Assembly: GCA_963697335.1 (NCBI GenBank)
Contig: CAVONQ010000018.1
Coordinates: 128,001-192,000, forward strand
Length of the DNA: 64,000 nucleotides
Origin: an uncultured cyanobacterium
GTDB taxonomy: Bacteria > Cyanobacteriota > Cyanobacteriia > PCC-6307 > Cyanobiaceae
Reading direction: 5' to 3'
Shown: positions 36,549 to 45,855 of the stretch, piece after piece
How the letters are laid out: each line of letters starts with the position of its first letter
Position numbering within the stretch: position 1 is the stretch's first letter
Position numbers and translations under genes: made by a program
Notes under the pieces: model-generated
Seen by the model: only the letters and a program-made list of their open reading frames with translations
The model's database searches: none
What the model was told of the DNA's origin: nothing

Positions 36549-37567
36549 CAGGGCCTTAGGGCCCGTGCCGCCGGTGGGGGCAGCTGGCGCAACCGCCCGC
36601 CACTGCCATCGCCGGGCCGCCAGCGGCGGTTGATCCAGTAGTACTGCTCGGCGTAGGCCTGGATCCAGCCCTCATGCCAGTGGCTCAGGGCCTGGGCCTG
36701 GGCGGCCAGGGCTTCGGGTGCCTGCCCCGGACGCAGCGGGGGGCCGCAGATCAGCCGGAAGCCGCCGTCGTCGTCGCGCACGTGGGCCACGGGGAACAGG
36801 GGCGCGCCGGTTTTCTGGGAGAGGCTCACCGGGCCGGTGGCAAAGCGGGTGGCCAGGCCCAGCACGTCCACCTGCAGTGGGCTGCGCTGGCTGTAGAGAT
36901 CGGTCATCACCACGAGGCCACAGCCATCCCGCAGGCTCTGCAGGATGCCGCGGGCGTCGAACTGGGAGATCCAGCGGCAGCGGCTGTTGGCACTGCGGGC
37001 AGCGTTGAGCAGGGCGTCGGCGTGGGGGTTGTGGGCGGGCCTGTAGATCACGGCCAGGTTGTCGAGGCGCTCGCTCAGCCAGCGCAGGGCCAGATCCCAG
37101 CAGCCCAGGTGCAGCGAGCCCACGATCAGGGCTTCGCCGCGCTGATGGGCGGCCAGCAGCTCCGGGAGCCCCTTGCCCTCGGCCGTGATGCGCTCGGGGT
37201 GCACCGGCTGGATGATCGATTCCAGGCAGGAGAGAAAGAAGCTCTGCAGTGAGCGGGCCGCCAGCCGCTGCCGCTGGGCCCGGCTCAGCTGGCTGCCGTA
37301 GACGCGCTCGAGGTTGGCGTTGGCCGTCCGCAGGAGGGGCGCCAGCGCGGGCGCCGCCATGCCACAGGCGATCTGGATGCCCCGTCGCATGGTGGCGTGG
37401 CTGCGGCCCTGCAGCAGGGCCAGCAACAGCCGCACCAGCAGGGCTTCCAGGCGCCAGCGCAGCCGCTGCAGGCGGGAGGGCGGCCGCCGCCGCCGCCGCC
37501 GAGGCGCCCCCGACGGGGCTGCGGGCGCTCCTGAGGGCCGGCCGAGTTGCGGTAGCGTCGTGCCCAC
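36548..37567 (-). CDS. lipid A / lysophospholipid acyltransferase (HtrB/LpxL family)
   Basis: HLGCWD (HX4D), YRP..NP, QYYWINRRW. The true start may be downstream of 37567. Confidence 0.8.
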   Translation of the reverse strand: MGTTLPQLGRPSGAPAAPSGAPRRRRRRPPSRLQRLRWRLEALLVRLLLALLQGRSHATMRRGIQIACGMAAPALAPLLRTANANLERVYGSQLSRAQRQRLAARSLQSFFLSCLESIIQPVHPERITAEGKGLPELLAAHQRGEALIVGSLHLGCWDLALRWLSERLDNLAVIYRPAHNPHADALLNAARSANSRCRWISQFDARGILQSLRDGCGLVVMTDLYSQRSPLQVDVLGLATRFATGPVSLSQKTGAPLFPVAHVRDDDGGFRLICGPPLRPGQAPEALAAQAQALSHWHEGWIQAYAEQYYWINRRWRPGDGSGGRLRQLPPPAARALRP

Positions 37568-37639
<72 letters not shown>

Positions 37640-37850
37640 TTGGAAGGGGATGGGCGGCGCTTTGAGGATGACATGCGCTGCTCCACCAGCCATCGCCAGA
37701 AAGCTCCTTGCCATCGCGATCGCTGCCATCAGCCTTTTGCTGAGCCGTTTCAATCAGCACTTGGTTCTGGTGGGGTTTGGCATCGATGGACAGTCTGATG
37801 GTGATGGCCTGATCCTTCCCAGCTTTTCCTTGAAATCGGGGGGAACTCTT

Positions 37851-38919
37851 GGGAGGCTCTGGAAAACCCGAGCCATCCGCGCGAACATACCCCTGTAATC
37901 GCACGCGGACTGGGTTCACGGGCAGCAAGCAGCTCGGATTCGGTGATTACGAGCAAACCGCGGCCAAGAGAAGCGCACGAGGCGCGAGCGTTTTTTGGCC
38001 GAAAGGGAGAAGGTGGTGTCGTCGATGCGCCGTTTCGCAGAGATCGATATGTTCAGTGACCGGATTCCTGATGACACCACGATTCTCGCGTGCCGGCACC
38101 TGCTGGAGAAGCACGATCTCGGCAAACAGCTCTTCTGAGTTGGTCAAAGCCCACCTCAAGGTTAAAGGCATGGCCATGAAGCAGGCCACGATCATCGATG
38201 CCACCTTGATCGCGGCACCCAGCTCCATCAAGACCGAGACGAAGGCAAGGGATCCGGAGATGCTGCAGACCTGCAAGGGCAAGCAGTGGTACCACCGCTC
38301 CGCGGAAGCCAAGGGCTACGGCGTGGATAGCGAGAGCGGCCTCTTCCACTCAGTACAAACAACAGCTGCCATCGGCAGACCTAACCCCAGCCTCTGATCT
38401 CCTGCACGGCGAGGAGGCCCTGGTCTATGCGGATGCCGGCTACCAGGGAATCGAAATGCGAGACGAGATGCAAGCTCGGGAGATCGGCTTCCGCGTCGCC
38501 ATGCGACCTGGAATGCGCCGAGTGCTGCCGGATACGCCGGAGGGCCGACTGGATGATCTGGTTGAAACTGCCAAAGCGCCCATCCGCTCCAATGGAGTGC
38601 ATCCGTCTCGGGTGATCAAGCAGCAGTTCGGCTTTCAAAAGACCCGGCACCGGGCTGCGGGGAATGCTCAAGAAACCCTGTAAAATGAATGCGCTGGCAG
38701 CTCTATCGAGCCTATTCATGACATGTTGCAGGTTGCTATTCAGCGCGTGATCGGAGGACTAGTGTGTCCATTGGGGGAAAGAATCGACTCACATGGGAAA
38801 GCTTTGGCGCCCGCAAGGGGAAATCAGGCCCAGCCAAACTCAGATTCGCCAAAGGTTGTCCATTCTGAGTAACTTGCAACCTTGGACCCTCTTTCAGGGC
38901 TCGTTGCCCAGAGGCTCCC
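37851..38919 (+). mobile_element. degenerate IS5-family insertion sequence
   Basis: Imperfect terminal IRs GGGAGGCTCTGGAAAA (37851) and reverse-complement GGGAGCCTCTGGGCAA (ends 38919) enclose transposase fragments. Confidence 0.8.
37918..38750 (+). pseudogene. IS5 family transposase, disrupted
   Basis: KQLGFGDYEQ, IIDATLIAAPSS...RDPEM, LHGEEALVYADAGYQG, VIKQQFGFQK across several frames; start decayed to ACG; internal deletion. Confidence 0.85.
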
Positions 38920-39019
38920 TAAGATTATCTGCAGACTGAGAACCTGGGAAGAGCCCAGTCCTTTCATGGCTGTATGATCAATGATCGCTGTTGCCTTCAG
39001 CACCACTTCCTCCCGCGCC

Positions 39020-39238
39020 ATGTCCCCTGAGGTGGTGATCAACGGCAGAACGCTGCCACTGGCGAGGCCCAGCGACGTCGCCGTAGCTCAGCGCGTTGCG
39101 GCGCACATGCAACGCCGCATGAGCGAAGACGATTGGCGCCCTTACGGGAACAGACAGGATGCGGTGCGGGCTTGGGCTCGATTGGGCGGGATACGCCTCC
39201 AGGTCATGCAGGCGCTGAACCTGCTGAACGAGGCCTGA
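39020..39238 (+). CDS. small hypothetical protein
   Basis: 72 aa MSPEVVINGR...DDWRPY...WARLGGIR; coding-like. Confidence 0.55.
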   Translation: MSPEVVINGRTLPLARPSDVAVAQRVAAHMQRRMSEDDWRPYGNRQDAVRAWARLGGIRLQVMQALNLLNEA

Positions 39239-39441
39239 TCCTCAGCTGGACTGCTGCCACCAGCAGGGAGTCCACCTGTCGGAACCCAGCCTGGCGCGGG
39301 GCCAGGAGGACGCACCACGGTGTGCAGTCTGAGCTGGTGCTGCGCATGCTGTTGGAGCCGGAGACGGGCTCAGGGTTGCCACGGTCAAAGCGATATGTGT
39401 CACCGGCAGGCGCGGGCTTTACGGGTCTCCAGCACGGCGCA

Positions 39442-39654
39442 GGCTGGCCCACTTGCGTCTGTGGGGTGAGCACGTTCCCCTGGACCTCCGACGAGCAGGA
39501 AGCCTGCATGCTGCTGGAGGGGGATGTGATGGTCGCGCCCGATGGCGGCGAGTCGGTGCGGTTCGGCGTGGGTGATCTGTTGGTGTTCGCACAAGGCCCG
39601 AGCTGCACCTGGGATGGGCCTGCCCCGGTGCGCAAGCACTACCGCCCTGGCTGA
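39442..39654 (+). pseudogene. cupin (DUF861/EutQ-like) remnant
   Basis: WPT...STFPW...E.C.LLEGDV.V.PDGGE.VRFG.GDL.VF..G..CTW...VRKHY; no N-terminus; conserved residues substituted. Confidence 0.65.
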
Positions 39655-39843
39655 TGGCGGCCGTCAATGTGACGACCATGCAGCCGCCTACCCAACCAAC
39701 CCCTCCTAGCCCCACATCCCGCGAGCTGGCGGAAATCGAGCAGGCCATCGACGGCTGCCGGGGCGATCGGGTGGCGGAGTCCAGGCTGACGGGCTCCTGG
39801 ATGGCCCACCTGCTGATTGGGTCGGCCCGCAGGCCGCCACGCC

Positions 39844-40068
39844 TCAGCGGTCTGGGGTGAGCCGCCGCGTCCAGCGCCGGTAAAGCCACACACCGCCGCT
39901 GCCCCAGATCAAGGTCCAGAGGATGAAGGTGCTGGCGGTGCCGAGCTGACCTCCCTCCAGCGAATAGACGCCGGCGTTGATCAGGCCAGCATCGATCAGG
40001 GAACCGCCGATTCCCCAACCCAGCACCCAGCTGATCAGAAAGCCGATGGCCTGGAGGTTGCCGGTCAT
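39844..40068 (-). CDS. small two-helix membrane protein
   Basis: MTGNLQAIGFLISWVLGWGIGGSLIDAGLI...; downstream of hli in the same orientation. Confidence 0.65.
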   Translation of the reverse strand: MTGNLQAIGFLISWVLGWGIGGSLIDAGLINAGVYSLEGGQLGTASTFILWTLIWGSGGVWLYRRWTRRLTPDR

Positions 40069-40095
40069 AGGGGGGCGGAAGAACCGAGCAGCGGC

Positions 40096-40332
40096 TCAGA
40101 AGCAGAAGGGCAGGAACTGGGTGCGGCAGGCGGCGTAGCCATCCACCAATGCGCCGAGGCCGATCTGGTGGGCAATGCCGAAGCCGGTGAGGCCTTCCAC
40201 CACGATGCCGATCACGATGCCGAGCATGGCGGCGCGGCCGTTGAACAGTTCAGCGTGCTTGAGCTGCTCCATGTGGATCAGCTGCTCGGCGCGGTGCTGG
40301 AGCCACTCGTCGTTGGCGGGGGCGTTGGTCAT
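40096..40332 (-). CDS. hli: high-light-inducible protein (HLIP, chlorophyll a/b-binding superfamily)
   Basis: AELFNGRAAMLG motif. Confidence 0.9.
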   Translation of the reverse strand: MTNAPANDEWLQHRAEQLIHMEQLKHAELFNGRAAMLGIVIGIVVEGLTGFGIAHQIGLGALVDGYAACRTQFLPFCF

Positions 40333-40377
40333 GGGGGCCTCTGAAGGTAGGGGAAGTGCTGTGGACGCTTGGTGGTG

Positions 40378-40458
40378 TCAGTCGGCTGGACTGGGCTGAA
40401 GCACAAGGGCTGTGATCAGCCAGGCGCCAAAGAGCAGCAGGGCGAAGGTGAGTGGCAT
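40378..40458 (-). CDS. putative 26-aa single-helix membrane peptide
   Basis: ATG...TGA gives MPLTFALLLFGAWLITALVLQPSPAD, lying between two hli genes. Confidence 0.35.
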   Translation of the reverse strand: MPLTFALLLFGAWLITALVLQPSPAD

Positions 40459-40578
40459 CGGGGGCTGGTGGGGGCGAGGTCGCTGGGGCGGCTGAGCACG
40501 AAGACCGTCATGCCGGTGAGCAGCCCCACCAGGGCGACGACAGCAACGTTTGCGGTGGAGTAGCAGGTGCCGATGGCG

Positions 40579-40722
40579 TCAACCGAGACCGACCTGCTGA
40601 AGAATGCTCTGTCCGGTGAGCAGCTCGGTGGCCAGGCCGATCACAAAGCCGAGCATGGCCATGCGGCCATTCCAGGTTTCGGCGAATGCGACAAAGCCGT
40701 AGCGGGGAGAGGGTTCAGGCAT
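40579..40722 (-). CDS. hli: high-light-inducible protein, 47 aa (below ORF-track cutoff)
   Basis: MPEPSPRYGFVAFAETWNGRMAMLGFVIGLATELLTGQSILQQVGLG. Confidence 0.92.
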   Translation of the reverse strand: MPEPSPRYGFVAFAETWNGRMAMLGFVIGLATELLTGQSILQQVGLG

Positions 40723-40723
40723 G

Positions 40724-40763
40724 ACTGTTTCAGATTGTTACGGCAATTGTAACGCCATGTGAA
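40724..40763 (-). promoter_or_regulatory. HLR1-like (RpaB) direct repeats upstream of hli
   Basis: Minus strand TTCACATG-gc-GTTACAAT-tgcc-GTAACAAT-ct-GAAACAGT resembles (G/T)TTACA(T/A)(T/A) repeats. Confidence 0.55.
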
Positions 40764-40904
40764 GCGGCTGGGTGGGTCTGGCCGGTAGGGAAGCTCTCAT
40801 CAGGACTGGTTCAGTTTTTGGGGTCCACGCCACTGCGGCTCTGCAAGCCGCAGCAGCCCTTGAGCGGCAGCGGTTTTGGCCTGCCCAAGAGCCAGCGCCC
40901 GCCC

Positions 40905-41052
40905 GTACCGGCCGACTTCGACGCCGCCAGCCTGCTGCGGCCATGATTGGCCTCGACACCAACTTGCCGGCTCACGACTTCGTGCAGGAAGCCGCCGCCG
41001 ATGCCGCCACCTAGGCCCAGCGTGAGGCCGCTCGCCAGCGGATCGAATGCTG
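40905..41052 (+). pseudogene. remnant antitoxin C-terminus plus PIN/VapC toxin N-terminus
   Basis: ...ADFDAASLLRP-stop overlaps (ATGA) MIGLDTNL...FVQE..ADAAT*AQREAARQRIE; truncated, with an internal stop. Confidence 0.6.
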
Positions 41053-41122
41053 GTGCCATAGCCCAGGACTGATGCCACAACCCTGGGTGGCTTGGCTCCG
41101 GCTCGGGCCCTCGGCTGAGGGC

Positions 41123-41641
41123 TCAGCCGGGCTCGGGCCTGGGGCTCGTCAGCAGGTTGATGGCCGAGATGCCCAGACCGACGCCCAGCAGGGTGCCGAT
41201 CGCCCAGACGCTGTCGCTGGGCCATTCGGCCACCAGCAGTCCGCCGAGCACGGCGGTGACGATGCCATCAATGAGCACCAGCGGCCGGGCCGGCCCAGGC
41301 GATGCAGCGGCGCCAGCCAGCTCCATCACCCCCTGGAAGGCGAGCAGGAAACCGAGGAACAGCGTGAGGCTCACTTCGCTGGCCAGGGGATACACCAGGA
41401 TGCCGATCCCGCCCCCCACGTACAGCAGCGCCGACAGCAGGCGGAAGATCCTGCCGCTCCAGTCGCTGGCTCCGGTGAGGCGCAGCGCCTGGGAGATCCC
41501 GGCCGCCACGGCCACGCCACCGATCACGATGGTGAGCAGGGTGGCCGAAACGAAGGGCAGCGCCAGCGCCAGCACCGCCGCGACGAACAGCAGGCCCGCT
41601 GTCAACCAGCGCAGGGCAGGGGAGGAGGGAACCGACAACAC
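41123..41641 (-). CDS. HdeD/DUF308 family membrane protein
   Basis: Six hydrophobic helices; C-terminal WPSDSVWAIGTLLGV. Confidence 0.8.
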   Translation of the reverse strand: MLSVPSSPALRWLTAGLLFVAAVLALALPFVSATLLTIVIGGVAVAAGISQALRLTGASDWSGRIFRLLSALLYVGGGIGILVYPLASEVSLTLFLGFLLAFQGVMELAGAAASPGPARPLVLIDGIVTAVLGGLLVAEWPSDSVWAIGTLLGVGLGISAINLLTSPRPEPG

Positions 41642-41703
41642 AGCAAGGCAGCTGATGGAACCCTAGGGGTGGTTGGCCACCTGGTTCATCACGGGCCACG
41701 GCC

Positions 41704-41930
41704 ATGCAGGTGAACCTCCACGACGCCAAAACCCACCTCTCCCGCTACGTGGCCCAGGCCCTTGAAGGGAAGGAGGTGGTGATCGCCAAAGCCGGCCACC
41801 CCTCGTTCGCCTGGTGCCGGTGCAAGCCGCTCCTGAGGCCCGGCGCGGCGGATGTCTGCGGGGTTCTGCGCTGGCGCGCACCGATCTGAAGGCCGACTTC
41901 GCCAGCGGGATCGACACGCTGTTCGGCTGA
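41704..41930 (+). pseudogene. Phd/YefM antitoxin, frameshifted near 41800
   Basis: MQVNLHDAKTHLSRYV..AL.G.EVVIAKAG.P, then LVRLVPV...DFASGIDTLFG in another frame. Confidence 0.8.
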
Positions 41931-41940
41931 GCCGCGAGCC

Positions 41941-42140
41941 ATGACCTCCACTGAAACCCAGCCCCTGCTTCTGGACACCCAGCCGCTGGTGCTCAGCGTG
42001 GTGAGCCTGTGGGAAGTGGCCATCAGGTCGTCCCTCGGGCGAGCCGATTTCCAGGTGGAGGCTGCCGCCCTGCGGCTGGGTCTGCTGGGGCAGGGATTTC
42101 GCGAACTCCCCTTGCGCCCTCAGCATGTGCAGGTGGTGCA
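41941..42140 (+). pseudogene. PIN/VapC toxin, internally deleted and truncated
   Basis: LLLDTQ is joined directly to PLVLSVVSLWEVAI..SLGR.DF...GFRELP...H; no C-terminal DPFDR motif. Confidence 0.75.
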
Positions 42141-42149
42141 GGTCCAGGT

Positions 42150-42545
42150 GGAAGGCCTGCAGCCGCACCGGCCTGGATCCCTCCACGAAGGAAGGCGAGC
42201 TCGGGCTGCTGTTTGCGCGGATCGAAGGGCTGACTCGCGTTGCCAGCCACCTCGATGCCCTCCGCGGCTGATTGCAGCGCAGCTCCATTGGCTCCCCTTT
42301 CGGGCACAGTCCTGCGCATCGTCGATCGCCAGGGCGAAAGCGGCACGGCTGATCTGGTGGAGAGCCTCCGAGAGCAGGCGCCTCTCGAGCAGTTGATCGA
42401 GGGCATCAAGCCGCCTATCCCCACCGACCTGCTCCTGCTCACGCCCTATGCCTTCAGCAGCCCACCGTTCGACGTCCAGGACTGGACCCTGGAGATCACC
42501 TCCGAGGGGGTGACGGCCGTGTGCTTCGGCGGCGCCCTGAGGTGA
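42150..42545 (+). pseudogene. Xre/MbcA-type antitoxin fragment fused to a RES-domain toxin fragment
   Basis: LDPSTKEGELGLLFARI, then LRIVDRQG...T.DLVESL.EQA.LEQLIEGIKPP...LL.TP. Confidence 0.6.
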
Positions 42546-42618
42546 CGCTGCCGGTGAGCGAGCCATGGACCGCGCAGCCTTTTGCTGCTAGTACAGGTGT
42601 ACTTCATCTGTGGCTGCC

Positions 42619-42885
42619 ATGGTTGCTTCCCCTTCGCTCTTCCCGCTCGCAGGCCAGGCACGGCCGGAGGTCGTTCACGACTGGCCCTATCTGACGCAGC
42701 CGGTGCTGGTGGCCAGCCGCAGCCGCCAGGTGTGTCTCACCTGCCGCTTCTTTCGCCACCAGGCCGCTGCGGACGCCATTCCCCTGCTCACCTGTCAGCT
42801 CCACCGGGGTCTGATCGCCCACGGTGAGCACCTCACCCGCCGCTGTATTGGCTGGAGCGATGGTCTGCATGGCCAGCGGGGCTGA
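42619..42885 (+). CDS. small Cys/His-rich hypothetical protein
   Basis: CLTCRFFRH...TCQLH..LI.HGEHL..RC..W. Confidence 0.65.
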   Translation: MVASPSLFPLAGQARPEVVHDWPYLTQPVLVASRSRQVCLTCRFFRHQAAADAIPLLTCQLHRGLIAHGEHLTRRCIGWSDGLHGQRG

Positions 42886-42910
42886 GGGTGGCCCGGGCTG
42901 CTGAGCCTCT

Positions 42911-43150
42911 TCAGCCCTCGCCTGCTTCGCCGCCCTCACCACCTTCGTCGGCTTCACCAGCCGCCCCGTCCTCCCCGGCTCGGTTGTCTTTCGGCAGGGC
43001 GTTGCCGCTTGGGCTGGTGAGTTCGGGTCTGCCTTCGTTGCCCTCGCCGCTTTCGCCCCCTTCCATGGGTTCGGGCTGACGGCCGCAGCCCAGGCTGCCA
43101 GCCACCAGGCCTGCCGTGGCGAGAAAGAGGGCGAGGCTGGAGCGGGCCAT
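42911..43150 (-). CDS. small Gly/Glu-rich lipoprotein
   Basis: Signal peptide with SLGC lipobox; EGGESGEG and EGGEGGEAGEG repeats. Confidence 0.65.
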   Translation of the reverse strand: MARSSLALFLATAGLVAGSLGCGRQPEPMEGGESGEGNEGRPELTSPSGNALPKDNRAGEDGAAGEADEGGEGGEAGEG

Positions 43151-43241
43151 GGGAGGGGCATTCGTATTCAGAGATCATGGTGCTGGTGGCGGGGGCGGAT
43201 GAGGCCAAGGCGTCACCGTTCGCCGTGCTTTTGGTCACCCC

Positions 43242-43907
43242 ATGCGCTTTGCGATCGAGCCCCTGCTGTCTCCGGAGCAGGCGGCCGCCATGGGCGAGGC
43301 CCTGCTTGCTGAGTCAGCCGTCTGGAGGCCTGGGGTCGACACCGCCGGCTGGCACGCCCGCACGGTGAAACACAACCGACAGCTCGATCCGGACTCACCA
43401 CTGCATAGCCGCCTCAGCCAGCAGGTGCGCCAGGCCCTGCTGGCCCATCCGCTGGCGGCCGCGGCTGCCCTGCCCGTGCGGGTGCACGGGGTGTTGTTCA
43501 GCCGCTGCGGCCCGGGCGAGGGTTACGGCCGCCACGTGGACAACGCCTACATGAAGGAGGGCCGGAGCGACCTCTCCTTCACCCTGTTTCTGAGCGAGCC
43601 AGGGGCCTATGAGGGCGGCACCCTGGTGCTGGAATCGCCCGGTGCCGAAGAGGCGCTGCGGCTGCCGGCCGGCCACGCCATCGTCTACCCCAGCACCCTG
43701 CTGCACCGGGTGGAGCCGGTGCTGGCGGGGGAGCGGCTGGTGGCCGTGGGCTGGATCCAGAGCCGGGTGCGCCAGGCCGATCAGCGCGAGCTGCTGTTCG
43801 AACTCGACACCGCCCGCCGGGCTCTGTTCGCCAGCCAGAGCCATGGCGAGGTGTTTGACCTGATCAGCCGCAGCTACACCAACCTGCTGCGCCGCTGGGG
43901 CGACTGA
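43242..43907 (+). CDS. piuC: PKHD-type Fe(II)/2-oxoglutarate dioxygenase (PiuC family)
   Basis: TAG..A..VK.N.QL, YG.HVDN, RSDLSFTLFL, YPS..LH.V.PV..GER, LFELD, NLLR.W. Confidence 0.9.
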   Translation: MRFAIEPLLSPEQAAAMGEALLAESAVWRPGVDTAGWHARTVKHNRQLDPDSPLHSRLSQQVRQALLAHPLAAAAALPVRVHGVLFSRCGPGEGYGRHVDNAYMKEGRSDLSFTLFLSEPGAYEGGTLVLESPGAEEALRLPAGHAIVYPSTLLHRVEPVLAGERLVAVGWIQSRVRQADQRELLFELDTARRALFASQSHGEVFDLISRSYTNLLRRWGD

Positions 43908-43946
43908 CGGCTGGGCGGCCGGTGTGGCCGAGACTGAGCCCGCTGC

Positions 43947-45647
43947 TCAGCCGAGCGCGCCCACGGCCTGCTGCAGCGCGGCCTGGCGGCTGATGGCGGT
44001 GCGCTCCGGCGGCAACTTGGCGTAGAGCCCGAGCTTCTCGAGCCGCTGGCGGGTGGTGCCGCTGGCCCCCACCACGAACACCTCGCGGCCCTTCTCGATC
44101 GCCTCCTCCACGGCGTTCTCCACCGCCAGGGCTGAGGTGACCCCCAGGTGGGAGACCTCGGTGAGGTCAAACACCACCGCCTTGCACTCGCCGATGGCGT
44201 TGTGTTCGCGGCCGATCGCCTTGGCCACACCAAAGATCATCGCGCCGGTGAGCTGGAACAGCAGCACCTGGCCCTTGCCCTGATCCAGCAGGGCCTTCTC
44301 CTCACCGCTGAGCAGCAGGTCGCCGTCGCCGGTGGAGATCGACTTGACCGAGCGGCTCTGCAGGGCGCTCATCTTGTCGATGGTGAGGATGTTGGCGATG
44401 AACACGCCGATGCCCACGGCGGCGATCAGGTCCACCAGCACGGTGAGGCCGATCACCAGATACATGATCAGGGCGCCGGTGAGCGAGATCCGGTGGGCGC
44501 GCTTGAGGAAGCTCCAGTCGACGATGTCAAAGCCCACCTTGAGGGCGATGCCGGCGAGCACGGCCTGGGGGATCTGGGCGGCGAGGCCACTGCCGGCCAG
44601 GATCACCAGCATCAGGATCAGGGCGCGGCTGAGGCCGGAGAGGGCACTGCGGCCGCCGGCCTGGATGTTGACCACGGTGCCCATGGTGGCTCCGGCGCCG
44701 GCGATGCCGCCGAACAGACCGGAGGCGAGGTTGCCGAGGCCCTGGCCGATCAGCTCCTTGTTGGAGTCGTGCTCGGTGCGGGTGATGCTGTCGGCCACCA
44801 CGGCGGTGAGCAGGGCGTCGATGCAGCCCAGCATTCCCAGCACGGCGGCATCGACAACCATCAGCCGCAGCTGGGGCAGCTCCACATGGGGAATCACCAG
44901 CTTGGGAAAGCCCGAGGCGATGGCCCCGATGCGGCGGATGCCCTCCACCTCAGCCGAGCCATCGGCCCCGCTCAGCAGGGTGAGCGAGAGCACGGTGCCG
45001 GCGATCAGGGCGATCAGCTGGGGCGGTGCCACCTTTTTCAGCCGGGCCGGCGTCAGCCACAGGATCGCCAGGGTCACCAGGGCCAGGGTGACCTCCGCCG
45101 GCCGGGTAGCGGCCAGCAGGGAGGGAATGGCGCTGAGGGTGCCGAGCACACCGCCCTTGGGGATGGCCTGGCCCAGGAAGGGACCGATCTGGAGAATGAT
45201 CAGGATCAGGCCGATGCCGCTCATGAAGCCCGAGATCACCGTGTAGGGCATCTGGGTCACGTAGCGGCCCAGCTTGAGCAGGCCGAACAGGATCTGGAAC
45301 ACACCGGCCAGCATCACCACGGTGAAGGCCATGGCCAGGCCGTTCTCCGGGTCCCTGGCGGTGAGGCTGGCGATGACGGCGGTCATCACCACGGTCATCG
45401 GGCCGGTGGGCTCGGAAATCAGGGTGGGGGTGCCGCCGAACAGGGCGGCGAACAGACCCACCAGCACCGCCCCCCAGAGGCCGGCCGCGGCGCCGGCACC
45501 GGAGGCCACCCCGAAGGCCAGGGCCATCGGCAGGGCGATCACCGCCGCGGTGACCCCACCGAAGAGATCCCCCTTGATGTTGTTGGAGCTGAAGTGGTTC
45601 AGCAGCTGCAGGGGGGAGCGCCCCGGTGGGGCCGTATCCGTGGCCAT
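43947..45647 (-). CDS. bicA: SulP family Na+-dependent bicarbonate transporter
   Basis: GDLFGG, ISEPTGPMTV, GCIDALLT, SNKELIGQGLGN, GATMGTVVN and a C-terminal STAS domain. Confidence 0.9.
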   Translation of the reverse strand: MATDTAPPGRSPLQLLNHFSSNNIKGDLFGGVTAAVIALPMALAFGVASGAGAAAGLWGAVLVGLFAALFGGTPTLISEPTGPMTVVMTAVIASLTARDPENGLAMAFTVVMLAGVFQILFGLLKLGRYVTQMPYTVISGFMSGIGLILIILQIGPFLGQAIPKGGVLGTLSAIPSLLAATRPAEVTLALVTLAILWLTPARLKKVAPPQLIALIAGTVLSLTLLSGADGSAEVEGIRRIGAIASGFPKLVIPHVELPQLRLMVVDAAVLGMLGCIDALLTAVVADSITRTEHDSNKELIGQGLGNLASGLFGGIAGAGATMGTVVNIQAGGRSALSGLSRALILMLVILAGSGLAAQIPQAVLAGIALKVGFDIVDWSFLKRAHRISLTGALIMYLVIGLTVLVDLIAAVGIGVFIANILTIDKMSALQSRSVKSISTGDGDLLLSGEEKALLDQGKGQVLLFQLTGAMIFGVAKAIGREHNAIGECKAVVFDLTEVSHLGVTSALAVENAVEEAIEKGREVFVVGASGTTRQRLEKLGLYAKLPPERTAISRQAALQQAVGALG

Positions 45648-45744
45648 CGCTACAGGGACGTGTGGTGGCCGGCACATTACTGGTGAAAATGATGGCGCCG
45701 GCGGCGTTCAGGCCGCCCGGCGCCGCCTCCACCTGGAATTCCAA

Positions 45745-45763
45745 TGATCAGCCCAGCTGATCA
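45745..45763. promoter_or_regulatory. palindromic LysR-type operator between bicA and the antiporter
   Basis: TGATCAG-cccag-CTGATCA, a perfect 7-5-7 palindrome containing T-N11-A. Confidence 0.5.
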
Positions 45764-45855
45764 GACCTGCCGGGGACGCCTGGGATTCCGATGCCGACAT
45801 TTCAGCCGCAACGGGGCTTTTCCCATTAAAAAGGCACGCTCCCGTGTCCTCGTGA

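Noticed and set aside
39654..39860. 68-aa plus-strand ORF in the island
   Set aside because: No recognisable motif and it overlaps the convergent gene; cannot be supported.
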